Of a stretch of DNA of 64,000 nt, positions 10,338 to 19,198 are shown one piece after another. Each line of letters opens with the position of its first letter. Position 1 is the first letter of the stretch. The DNA is from an uncultured Alphaproteobacteria bacterium (GTDB lineage Bacteria > Pseudomonadota > Alphaproteobacteria > HIMB59). The stretch covers positions 2,208 through 66,207 of the forward strand of contig CACKOX010000002.1 in the NCBI GenBank assembly GCA_902601865.1, written 5' to 3'. The position numbers were made by a program, and so were the translations under genes. The notes under the pieces are model-generated. The model searched no databases. It was not told where the DNA came from and worked only from the letters and a program-made list of their open reading frames with translations.

Positions 10338-11231
10338 ATGTTAGCTAGACATTATATTGGCGAGTCATGGAAGCACGGACTGCTCATTATCGGTGCGCTA
10401 ATTGTGTTGATACCATTTTATATGATGGTTTCCATGTCTCTGAAATCACAACAAGAAATTCAGTCAATATCCGGAGGTTTAGTTGGAGCGCAAGAGATCC
10501 AAACATTCCCTGTTTGTACTAAGCACGGATATACCGAAGAGGTATGTACAATGCGTCCTTACAAATACAATTTCTGGTTTGCTTTCAAAAAAGCTCCAAT
10601 TCCGAGGTATTTAATGAATGGTTTGATTGTGACTGTGTCAATTTTTTTAATACAAGTCTTAATCGCTCTTCCGTGTTCTTACGCTCTCGCAAAACTCAGG
10701 TTTAAAGGAAGAGAATTTGTGTTTTCAATGGTTCTTTTTTGTCTTTTAATACCTGTTCATGCTATCGCTTTACCCTTATATGTGATGTTGGCAAAGGCTG
10801 GTCTCGTAGACACGTATGCAGCCTTGATAATACCCTGGACGATATCAGTATTTGGTATTTTTCTTATGCGGCAATTCTTTATGACAGTGCCAGATGAACT
10901 AATTGATGCTGCTAGGATGGATGGAATGGGAGAATACTCTATTGTTTGGAAAGTAATGCTTCCCGTAGCGATACCTGCGTTACTAGCTTTTGCAATTTTC
11001 TCTGTTGTTGCTCACTGGAATGATTATTTTTGGCCTCGGATTGTCATTACCGGTAATCGTGATTTATTTACACCACCACTAGGTATTAGAGAATTTAGAG
11101 GCGGAATTGATAGTGATGAATTTGGACCAATGATGGCATCAATAGTTACTGTGACAGTTCCACTGATTGTGGCTTTCATCATAGCTCAAAAGAGATTTGT
11201 CGAAGGCATTACCATGACTGGAATGAAATAA
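10338..11231 (+). CDS. ABC transporter permease (UgpE-like)
   Basis: ELIDAARMDG; WNDYFWP. Confidence 0.92.
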   Translation: MLARHYIGESWKHGLLIIGALIVLIPFYMMVSMSLKSQQEIQSISGGLVGAQEIQTFPVCTKHGYTEEVCTMRPYKYNFWFAFKKAPIPRYLMNGLIVTVSIFLIQVLIALPCSYALAKLRFKGREFVFSMVLFCLLIPVHAIALPLYVMLAKAGLVDTYAALIIPWTISVFGIFLMRQFFMTVPDELIDAARMDGMGEYSIVWKVMLPVAIPALLAFAIFSVVAHWNDYFWPRIVITGNRDLFTPPLGIREFRGGIDSDEFGPMMASIVTVTVPLIVAFIIAQKRFVEGITMTGMK

Positions 11232-11232
11232 A

Positions 11233-11553
11233 TTATTTTCCAAAAGAATTTACTAATATAATGCCGATAACTATCAAGGTGCAACCTATCACTGCAAATA
11301 TATTTGGTGATTGACCGAACTTTAAAATACTTAAAAGAAATGTTCCAAAAATCACTAATCCGGCATATGAGGCATAGGCCGTTCCCATAGGGAGAAATTT
11401 CATTACTTTAGAGATAAAAAAGACAGCAATAATTATAGAAATAGCGCTCAAAGAGGTAGGAATAATTTTTATATAACCATCAGAAATCTTTGCAAAATTA
11501 TTTGATAATATTCCAAATATTATTGCTGCAGTGAGATAAATATAACCAATCAC
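11233..11553 (-). CDS. SMR/DMT family small membrane transporter, non-canonical
   Basis: 106 aa, four hydrophobic helices, LPMGTAYA motif; Gly at the usual Glu14 position. Confidence 0.8.
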   Translation of the reverse strand: MIGYIYLTAAIIFGILSNNFAKISDGYIKIIPTSLSAISIIIAVFFISKVMKFLPMGTAYASYAGLVIFGTFLLSILKFGQSPNIFAVIGCTLIVIGIILVNSFGK

Positions 11554-11555
11554 TT

Positions 11556-12842
11556 TTAGTTTGAGTACTCGTAAGGAAATGAACTCAACTGTTTAAGTCC
11601 ATCTTTAGTGACTAAGAATTGATCCTCAAGTTTTATTCCTTCTTTTCCTCCAACTTCTCCAATATAGCTCTCCACACAAATAGTCATATTTTCTTCAAAG
11701 CAAGCAGAGTAATCAGAGTTACTAAAATCTTTATTAGGGTATGCAACAAAAGGCCATTCATCACATAATCCTACACCATGGATAATACAAGGATAGTGAT
11801 TGTCATAGCAATTATCAGGTAACTTCCAAGATTGTTCTGCAAATTCTAGAAAGTTTACACCAGCTTTGATAAGAGACTTGTTGTGATTGATATGTTCTAA
11901 AGCCAAATCGTAAAGTCTTCTTTGTTCATCACTAAACTTATTTCCCTCAACAAAGGTTCGAGATATATCTGCGCAATATCCGTAGGGTCCAACCATATCA
12001 GTATCAAAAGCTACTACATCACCTGATTCAATCACACGATTACTGCATTCTTGAAGCCATGGATTTGTTCTTGGGCCAGATACTAATAGACGAGTTTCGA
12101 ACCACTCACCTCCACTTTCAATGTTAACCTTATGCATATATGACCAAAGTTCTTCCTCCGTCATTCCAGCATGTAATTTTTCTTTCATCAGCCACATTCC
12201 TTTTTCAGCTGTCTCTATAGAGGCCTTCATGCATACTAACTCATCTTCTGATTTTATTGACCTTGCAGTTTCAACAATTTTTTGAGCATTTAATATTTCA
12301 ACATTAAATTGCTTAAGAAGCATTTGAATTCCAACAGGGTCAGATACATCAATAGCTAGTCTGTTGTTATCAGGAGAATGCTCACGCATTAAATCTTGAA
12401 CAATACCAGCCCAGTGTTTTGCATTTTTATCGACAAAATTATTTGCAGAAAAAAAATCCCAACTTACAACTTCTCTTATTTCGTCAATTGTACAGAGGTG
12501 ACTAGAGAGGTGTTCACTTTTAGGGTAATCAAATAAAATTACTTTGTTGTCTGCAGAAATAAACACAAAACGAACCAGTTCATGCATTGTAAATAAGCTC
12601 ATATTTCTGCTATCAGTTGCATATCTAATATTAATGGGATCAAATAAAATACATGCTCCCACATTATTTAAACGAAGTTGTTCTTGCACCCTGTTTAATC
12701 GGTACATTCTCAGACGGTCAAAATTTATCTTATCTTCATAGAGTCGAGGTTTATAAATTTGATTTTGATAATTTTGGTTAATAGACTCGAGAAACTTTGG
12801 TCCAATTTTACGATCTGCGAATTTGCTGGAAAAATTACTCAT
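11556..12842 (-). CDS. dddP: M24B-fold DMSP lyase DddP-like protein
   Basis: FDPINIRYATDS, GGEWFETRLL.SGPRTNPW, FDTD, DISRT, HGVGLCDEWP, CVE, IKLEDQ. Confidence 0.7.
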   Translation of the reverse strand: MSNFSSKFADRKIGPKFLESINQNYQNQIYKPRLYEDKINFDRLRMYRLNRVQEQLRLNNVGACILFDPINIRYATDSRNMSLFTMHELVRFVFISADNKVILFDYPKSEHLSSHLCTIDEIREVVSWDFFSANNFVDKNAKHWAGIVQDLMREHSPDNNRLAIDVSDPVGIQMLLKQFNVEILNAQKIVETARSIKSEDELVCMKASIETAEKGMWLMKEKLHAGMTEEELWSYMHKVNIESGGEWFETRLLVSGPRTNPWLQECSNRVIESGDVVAFDTDMVGPYGYCADISRTFVEGNKFSDEQRRLYDLALEHINHNKSLIKAGVNFLEFAEQSWKLPDNCYDNHYPCIIHGVGLCDEWPFVAYPNKDFSNSDYSACFEENMTICVESYIGEVGGKEGIKLEDQFLVTKDGLKQLSSFPYEYSN

Positions 12843-12856
12843 TGATAAACATTAAT

Positions 12857-13951
12857 TTATTTTATTTTTTTTTCAAACCTCATCATATTATCTTTAAAGT
12901 TTAAAGAGAGTTTTTTCGCACTAATACTGATTTTATCCAAAAATTTAACATTTATATTAATCTTATTTTGCTCATTTTCTGATATTTGACCTACATAAGT
13001 AATGGCATTCCATAGTCCTAGTGAATTCATGGGAGAAAATTTTCTTTTTGAAGAAAGAGATATATTTAGGAAAGAGAAAAAGAAACTCGATATATTTACT
13101 TTGTATTTTTTTGAAAATTCAGGAATATTTTGTGAGATAGTTTTTATAAAAGCTTTTGGGTCATTAAATTGAAATGGATTAATTTTAGGAAAAAATTGTT
13201 TTAATATTTTTTTCGTAAAATCATTTCCTGATGAGTAGATAAAAAATAGTTGCCCTTTAAAATCTAACATCCTTATCAATGGTAATAACACCAGATTCAA
13301 AGTTCTTTGATAGGGCGATCTCAATCGAAAGGCCTGTGAGGCTATAATAAAGTCATAAACCTTGGGGACATCAGTTAATTTTTTAGGAATTAAATGAATT
13401 AAAGGTATTTTTTGATCTTTTCTATAAATAACCATAAAGCTTTTATGTTTAGGTCGTAATATTGTAGAAGATGTATCTTCTTTTATCTCCCAATTTTTTT
13501 TAATGACATCACTCATATTCATCAGCTGCTGATTAAAACTAAAACTAGAGTTCCCTGAGAGTTCTTTTTTTATAAGCTTACAATCTTTAAACTCTTTCTC
13601 ATGGATATCTTTGTAAGAAGCATTCGTGATACAAAAAACTAAATTTTTATGTTCATAGAACCGATAACCTAAAAAAGCTAGTAAGCTATTGATATCATCA
13701 ATACTTATTTCTTTTCCTACAACAATAATAGGGTCTTCGGGAAATTTCTCGTGAGCAGCAGATAAAAGAGTAGAGATTACACTCCCATCACCAGTTCCAG
13801 CGTCAAAAATTCTAAAAGCATCTTTGGTTATCTTTGATTTTTTTATGTATTTTGCGAGTTCAAAAGCAATTTTACTTTTCTCATTTGTTGAATTGACGAA
13901 AGATAAATATTTATCCCTTGAGTCGAAAAAATCTGCTTTTTTTGCCCCCAC
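12857..13951 (-). CDS. Conserved hypothetical protein, class I SAM-methyltransferase-like fold
   Basis: RIFDAGTGDG glycine motif, VGKEIS acidic strand, YDFIIASQ. Confidence 0.6.
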   Translation of the reverse strand: MGAKKADFFDSRDKYLSFVNSTNEKSKIAFELAKYIKKSKITKDAFRIFDAGTGDGSVISTLLSAAHEKFPEDPIIVVGKEISIDDINSLLAFLGYRFYEHKNLVFCITNASYKDIHEKEFKDCKLIKKELSGNSSFSFNQQLMNMSDVIKKNWEIKEDTSSTILRPKHKSFMVIYRKDQKIPLIHLIPKKLTDVPKVYDFIIASQAFRLRSPYQRTLNLVLLPLIRMLDFKGQLFFIYSSGNDFTKKILKQFFPKINPFQFNDPKAFIKTISQNIPEFSKKYKVNISSFFFSFLNISLSSKRKFSPMNSLGLWNAITYVGQISENEQNKININVKFLDKISISAKKLSLNFKDNMMRFEKKIK

Positions 13952-14046
13952 TGTTACTCTCCTAAACCTTTAATGTCTTATCTTTTTTTAAACTAGAAAT
14001 GGATTTATTTCCATAATAGAGTTTTATTCATTAAGAGGAGAGGTTT

Positions 14047-15117
14047 ATGGATTTAATTCAAAGATTAGACAAGGGCCCAGTTTTGTGTGCTGAGGGTTAT
14101 TTATTTGAAATGGAAAAAAGAGGCTATCTACAGGCAGGCGCCTTCGTACCAGAAGTAGTTTTAGAGCATCCTGAAGTGGTGACCCAGCTTCATCGAGAAT
14201 TTATTAGAGCAGGCAGTGATGTTGTTCAAGCGTTCACATATTATGGTCATCGTGAAAAGCTTCGATTGATAGGTAAAGAGGAACTACTTGAACCACTTCA
14301 ATTAAATGCTTTAAAAATTGCAAAAGATGCTGCAAATGAATTTCCTGATTTAGATTTAATGATTGCAGGAGATGTTGCTAACACGAATATATATGATCCC
14401 AATAATAAATCCTCATTAGTTGAAGTAGAGAAGATGTATGAAGAACAAATTGGCTGGGCAAAGGATGCAGGCGTGGACTTTGTTGTAGCTGAAACAATTC
14501 AATGGACTGGTGAAGCGTTGATTGCTCTTAAAAAAATAAAAGAGGCAGGCTTAATAGCAGTGGTAAATTTAGCTATACCAGCAAATGACCTTACAAGGGA
14601 TAATGATACCCCGGAGGATGCTTGTAAAAAGTTTGAAGATAATGGCGCTGAGGTTGTGGGCTTAAATTGTTTTAGAGGACCTTACCATACAATGAAACAT
14701 TTAATTAAAATTCGTGAAAAAGTATCTTGTCATGTTGCAGGGTTGCCTGTTCCCGTCAGAACTACAGATGAATTTCCCGTTTGGTTTTCTTTGCCAGATG
14801 AGGGCTGTGATTGTATTCCTAATAACAGACCTTTCCCTGTTGGCATTGATAATCTTTATTGTAATCGATATGAAATGGCTGAGTTTGCCAAAGATTGTCA
14901 AAGTAAAAATATTAATTTCATTGGAGTATGCTGCGGGGCAGCCCCACACCATGTAAGAGAAATGGCTGTGGCTTTAGGTCGTAAACCTATCTCGTACAAA
15001 TACTATCCTGACATGAGCAAACATTTTATCTTAGGTACAGATAAAACTTTAAGTAGCATCAATACCAAGCATCAAGATAAGTATAAAGCTGAAGAGAAGT
15101 GGCTACCCAAAGGGTAG
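14047..15117 (+). CDS. bhmT: Betaine-homocysteine S-methyltransferase
   Basis: EGYLFEMEKRGY..AGAFVPE, LHREFIRAGSDV.QAFTYY, GLNC and GVCCG Zn ligands; RBS GAGGAG. Confidence 0.88.
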   Translation: MDLIQRLDKGPVLCAEGYLFEMEKRGYLQAGAFVPEVVLEHPEVVTQLHREFIRAGSDVVQAFTYYGHREKLRLIGKEELLEPLQLNALKIAKDAANEFPDLDLMIAGDVANTNIYDPNNKSSLVEVEKMYEEQIGWAKDAGVDFVVAETIQWTGEALIALKKIKEAGLIAVVNLAIPANDLTRDNDTPEDACKKFEDNGAEVVGLNCFRGPYHTMKHLIKIREKVSCHVAGLPVPVRTTDEFPVWFSLPDEGCDCIPNNRPFPVGIDNLYCNRYEMAEFAKDCQSKNINFIGVCCGAAPHHVREMAVALGRKPISYKYYPDMSKHFILGTDKTLSSINTKHQDKYKAEEKWLPKG

Positions 15118-15134
15118 TAAATATTTAGAGTGTT

Positions 15135-16472
15135 TTGACTACTTATTCATCTAGCAAATTTCCATTAGAAATCGGCGAAAATGGCTGGTTAAAAACAAGT
15201 GATAGTCAATATTTTGCCCCCACTCTTGATCGAGATCACACCTGTGACTGGCTTGTTATTGGTAGTGGCTTTGCAGGAATATCTGCAGCAAAACGACTAA
15301 CGGAGCTTCGTAGTGGAGATAAAATAATTCTAATTGATGCGATTGGTATTGGTGAAGGAGCAGCAGGCCAGAACAGTGGTTTCATGATCGATGTTCCTCA
15401 TAATATAAATGCAAAAGGCGATTATCTAAGTTCAATTAAAAAAGATAAAGACTCAATTTCTCTAAATCGTGAGGCTATAGAATTTTCATCACAAATGGTT
15501 GAGGAGTACGATATTCCCCATAGTGTTTATAATAAGATTGGAAAGCTAAATGGTGCAGCAACACACAAAGGTATTTCTTTCAATAAAGATTATAAAAAAC
15601 AATTAGAGGCATTAGGAGAGGATTATCATTCTTTGGATTCCAAACAGATGTCTGAAATTACTGGTTCCAATTATTATGAACAAGGAATTTATACTCCTGG
15701 AACAATTCTAATTCAACCTGCTGAATATATCAAAAGAATAGTTGAAAGGCTCAGTGATAAAATCAAAGTTTTTCAAAATAGTCCTATAAAAAAAATTGAA
15801 AAAAAAAATAATAGTTGGGACGCCTATACTTCTCAAGGAAAAATAATTTCTAAAAATATTATTTTTGCAGTTAATGGGCATATAACAAATTTTGGATTTT
15901 ACAAAAATCAACTTATTCATATTTTCACTTACTCCTCTCTTACTAAAAAATTTGATGATAGTATTTTAAAAAGTGACCCCTCATGGGGTTTGACCTCTTC
16001 AAATCCTATTGGCACCACTGTTAGAAAAATTAAGGTTAGTGAAAATCAATCTAGACTTCTAATTAGGAATACTTGGAGATGCCGCCAAAATCTTGAGTCA
16101 CTTAATTCTGATTTTGAGAACTCCTGTCAAAAACACCGAAAAAGTTTTATAGGACGCTTTCCTAATTTAAATGAAATACCATTTGAGTTTAGTTGGGGAG
16201 GGCGAGTTTGTCTTTCTTTAAATGGCGCTCCTGCTTTTGGTGAGTTAGATGAGAATATCTTTTCTGCTTGCTGTTCAAATGGATTGGGAACTGTTAAAGG
16301 AACCTTGGCAGGAAAACTTATCATTGATAAGGCATGTAAATCAAATTCATCTCAACTTGATAAGTATGAAAATATTGAAAAACCATCTATTTTGCCGCCT
16401 AATTTTTTAACCCAAATAGGGGCAAACTTAAGAATTAAATCTCGAGAAATGACAGCAGGTAGGGATTTATAA
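15135..16472 (+). CDS. FAD-dependent oxidoreductase (DAO/PuuB-like amine oxidase)
   Basis: VIGSGFAGISAA, GAAGQNSGF, SWGG, NGLGTVKG. Confidence 0.85.
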   Translation: MTTYSSSKFPLEIGENGWLKTSDSQYFAPTLDRDHTCDWLVIGSGFAGISAAKRLTELRSGDKIILIDAIGIGEGAAGQNSGFMIDVPHNINAKGDYLSSIKKDKDSISLNREAIEFSSQMVEEYDIPHSVYNKIGKLNGAATHKGISFNKDYKKQLEALGEDYHSLDSKQMSEITGSNYYEQGIYTPGTILIQPAEYIKRIVERLSDKIKVFQNSPIKKIEKKNNSWDAYTSQGKIISKNIIFAVNGHITNFGFYKNQLIHIFTYSSLTKKFDDSILKSDPSWGLTSSNPIGTTVRKIKVSENQSRLLIRNTWRCRQNLESLNSDFENSCQKHRKSFIGRFPNLNEIPFEFSWGGRVCLSLNGAPAFGELDENIFSACCSNGLGTVKGTLAGKLIIDKACKSNSSQLDKYENIEKPSILPPNFLTQIGANLRIKSREMTAGRDL

Positions 16473-16530
16473 AAGAAATGATAACCAATTATGATACATT
16501 GGATAATCTAAACAAGGAGATTAAGGGAAA

Positions 16531-17430
16531 GTGACTATTTTAAAAGGTATCTATGGAGCTATGTGTACCCCATTCCAAGATAGCGGAGAGGGAATTGATC
16601 TAAAGCGTTACCACTTTCATATTGATGATTTATTAGAAGCGGGTGTACATGGTTTAGTCTTATGTTCTGGCACCGGTGAATACGCTTATCTAACAGATGA
16701 TGAGAAACAAACTTTAATTATAGAGGGTGTTAAACATATAAATGGTAGGTGCCCTACGATAGCACAAACTACTGCACTTAGTACTAATGAGTGTATCAAC
16801 AAAGCAAGGGCCGCAGAAGATGCAGGTGCAACTGCAATTATGGTTATGCCGCCTTTTCTAGAACCGCCCTCAGAACTTGGAGTTATTTATCACTATGAGG
16901 CTATAGCAAAAGCAGTGAGAATTCCTATCGTAATGTATAATGTTCCACAGCAAGCCGCACCCCTCTCCGAAGACACTTATCGTAAATTGTTAGCAATAGA
17001 AAATTTAGATTATATTAAAGACAGTTCAGGAGACTTTTTAAATTTGCAAAAATTTATCAAGACGGGAGGAAGAGTTTTCTGTGGTATAGACTCCTTTGCA
17101 CCATTTGCATTAATGAGTGGATGTACAGGGATGATTTGGGGAGCTGTAAATTTTATGCCCCATGAATGTGTTAATCTATTTAATTTAATTGAAGAAAATA
17201 AATATCAAGAAGCTATGGATCTATGGAAATTGATGGAGCCAGTCTGTTTATGGCTAGGAGTAAACAGACACGATGTGGACTACCTTACTGGGATTAAAAC
17301 AGCAGCGAATTTATCAGGTAGAGACATGGGACCACCCCGTAAACCCCTATTGAATGTAGCAGCACCTGCACGCCATGATTTAAGAATTGCTATGTCAAAA
17401 CTACCCATAAACCATATAGATTTAACGTGA
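16531..17430 (+). CDS. Dihydrodipicolinate synthase/N-acetylneuraminate lyase family aldolase or deaminase
   Basis: TPF, SGTGE, YNVP, IKDSSG Schiff-base Lys. Confidence 0.88.
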   Translation: MTILKGIYGAMCTPFQDSGEGIDLKRYHFHIDDLLEAGVHGLVLCSGTGEYAYLTDDEKQTLIIEGVKHINGRCPTIAQTTALSTNECINKARAAEDAGATAIMVMPPFLEPPSELGVIYHYEAIAKAVRIPIVMYNVPQQAAPLSEDTYRKLLAIENLDYIKDSSGDFLNLQKFIKTGGRVFCGIDSFAPFALMSGCTGMIWGAVNFMPHECVNLFNLIEENKYQEAMDLWKLMEPVCLWLGVNRHDVDYLTGIKTAANLSGRDMGPPRKPLLNVAAPARHDLRIAMSKLPINHIDLT

Positions 17431-17449
17431 TCGTAAAAAAAAATTAATA

Positions 17450-18640
17450 ATGAAAGAACTAGAAGTTGACCAACATGATATTGATCAAAACTATGTATCT
17501 ATCCTTCAAAAATTAGAGCAATGTATTAAACCAATACACGAAGCAAAAGGCATCCCTAATGAATATTATACTAAAACTGAATATTTTGATTTAGAGAAAG
17601 AAATTCTTTTTAACAAAGGTTGGTTTGCCGTAGGCTTCGTTAAAGACATACCTCAACCTGGCTCTGTTAAACCGGTCAACTATTTTAAAAATCCTCTTTT
17701 ATTAATTCGTAGTATCCAAGATAAAAAAATACGAGTTTTTCAAAATGTGTGTCGACATCGAGGTATGACCCTCATTAAAGACCCCAAAGTTCTGAAGGGA
17801 GCAATTCGCTGTCCTTACCATTCTTGGTGCTACAAGCAAACTGGAGAAGTTCTTGCCACTCCTCATATTGGAGGGCCAGGTTATAATTATCACTCCGATA
17901 TTAATAAAAGTGAATTATCATTAATTGAGGTTCGCTCTCACGTTTGGAGAGATGTCATATTTGTGAATCCTGATGGAAGGGCAAAACCCTTTGAAGAGGT
18001 TCATAAACCTTTGTTAGAACGATGGTCCTCTTTTGATCAACCTATGTATTCAGATATGAGCGACTCATCTTTTGAGCTTGAGGTCAAAACTAATTGGAAA
18101 CTAGCAGTCGAAAATTATTTAGAGTCCTACCATCTCCCGTGGATTCACCCAGGTTTAAATAGTTATTCCAAGTTAGAGGATCATGTAAATATTGTTAAAT
18201 ATGGTCATTATTCTGGACAAATTAGTAATAAATATAATCCAAGATATTCAACAGGAAAACAATTTCAAAATTTTAAAAATTTAAGCTCTGAATGGAACAG
18301 CAAAGGAGAATATATTGTTTTATTTCCAAATTTAATATTGGGTGTTCAAAAAGATCATGTTTTTAATCTCATTATTGAGCCAATTGGATATGATCAAATC
18401 AAAGAGCATGTTGAAATCTATTATTCAGACTCTTCTATGTTGTCTGATGAATATCAGCAAACACGCCTAGAGAATACTAAGCTTTGGAGAACCGTATTTG
18501 AAGAAGATATTTTTGTAGTAGAGGGAATGCAGCAAGGCCGTTATGCGGAAAACTTTGATGGAGGGCGCTTTTCACCAGTAATGGATGAACCAACTCATGT
18601 CTTTCACGATTGGTATGCTAGAAAGATGTTAAAAGTTTAG
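17450..18640 (+). CDS. Rieske non-heme iron oxygenase alpha subunit (choline/betaine monooxygenase-like)
   Basis: CRHRG...CPYHSW Rieske ligands; NWK..VENYLESYH..WIH and EED mononuclear Fe ligands. Confidence 0.88.
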   Translation: MKELEVDQHDIDQNYVSILQKLEQCIKPIHEAKGIPNEYYTKTEYFDLEKEILFNKGWFAVGFVKDIPQPGSVKPVNYFKNPLLLIRSIQDKKIRVFQNVCRHRGMTLIKDPKVLKGAIRCPYHSWCYKQTGEVLATPHIGGPGYNYHSDINKSELSLIEVRSHVWRDVIFVNPDGRAKPFEEVHKPLLERWSSFDQPMYSDMSDSSFELEVKTNWKLAVENYLESYHLPWIHPGLNSYSKLEDHVNIVKYGHYSGQISNKYNPRYSTGKQFQNFKNLSSEWNSKGEYIVLFPNLILGVQKDHVFNLIIEPIGYDQIKEHVEIYYSDSSMLSDEYQQTRLENTKLWRTVFEEDIFVVEGMQQGRYAENFDGGRFSPVMDEPTHVFHDWYARKMLKV

Positions 18641-18641
18641 A

Positions 18642-18730
18642 ATGACTTTTGATACATGAATTCTTCTAGGCAAATTTGGAGCCGTTCTAGCAATTGCTAT
18701 TATGCTCTACAAAAATAATAAAAAAAATAA
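18642..18730 (+). pseudogene. Possible remnant of a small membrane protein with an in-frame TGA
   Basis: MTFDT*ILLGKFGAVLAIAIMLYKNNKK; ATG 1 nt after the Rieske stop. Confidence 0.3.
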
Positions 18731-18735
18731 TTTAT

Positions 18736-19119
18736 TTATTTTTTTAATTCAAACCCTGCTTTTACCCAAGCATTTGTTCCACCAGATAAGTTAGAGACAT
18801 CTTTATAACCCATATCTTGAAGAGTTTTAGTTGATAAAGTTCCTTGACCACCTACTCCACAATAAACGACAATTTTTTTCTCAGGATCAAGCTCTTCTTT
18901 TCTGAGAGGGTTGTCTGGTCTTTGATCAGCGTGAAATTCCAACATGTCTCTTGGAACATGAACTGATCCTTCTATTTGACCTTCAGCCTCGATGGCATCT
19001 TTTGATCGAACATCAACAAGGATAATTTCTTCATTATCTAATTGCTGTTTTAATTCTTCTGGGCTCACTGATTTGATCTCAGCATTTGCTTCTTCTAAAA
19101 GCTCCGGAAAAGTCTTCAT
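18736..19119 (-). CDS. Rhodanese-like sulfurtransferase
   Basis: LVDVR, VVYCGVGGQG active loop, LSGGTNAW. Confidence 0.9.
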   Translation of the reverse strand: MKTFPELLEEANAEIKSVSPEELKQQLDNEEIILVDVRSKDAIEAEGQIEGSVHVPRDMLEFHADQRPDNPLRKEELDPEKKIVVYCGVGGQGTLSTKTLQDMGYKDVSNLSGGTNAWVKAGFELKK

Positions 19120-19161
19120 TTATTCATTTCTCCTCAATAGCTATTGATAATATATAACTGT

Positions 19162-19191
19162 TTGATCTTAAATTTAATATATTACTATAAT
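19162..19191 (+). promoter_or_regulatory. Sigma70-type promoter, probably giving a leaderless mRNA
   Basis: TTGATC-N18-TATAAT ending 7 nt before ATG 19199; no SD. Confidence 0.5.
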
Positions 19192-19198
19192 ATAAGAC

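Noticed and set aside
13952-14046. SAM-II/SAM-V riboswitch upstream of bhmT, as known in Pelagibacter
   Set aside because: The 95-bp AT-rich spacer shows no recognisable SAM-V/SAM-II pseudoknot elements by eye; an Infernal search would be needed to exclude it fully
16531-17430. dapA (lysine biosynthesis)
   Set aside because: SGTGE rather than GTTGE and a catabolic context suggest a paralog, so no symbol was assigned
18657-18659. TGA-to-Trp recoding of the genome
   Set aside because: Trp is encoded by TGG in conserved genes and TGA ends several genes normally (e.g. 17430, 52984, 56801)
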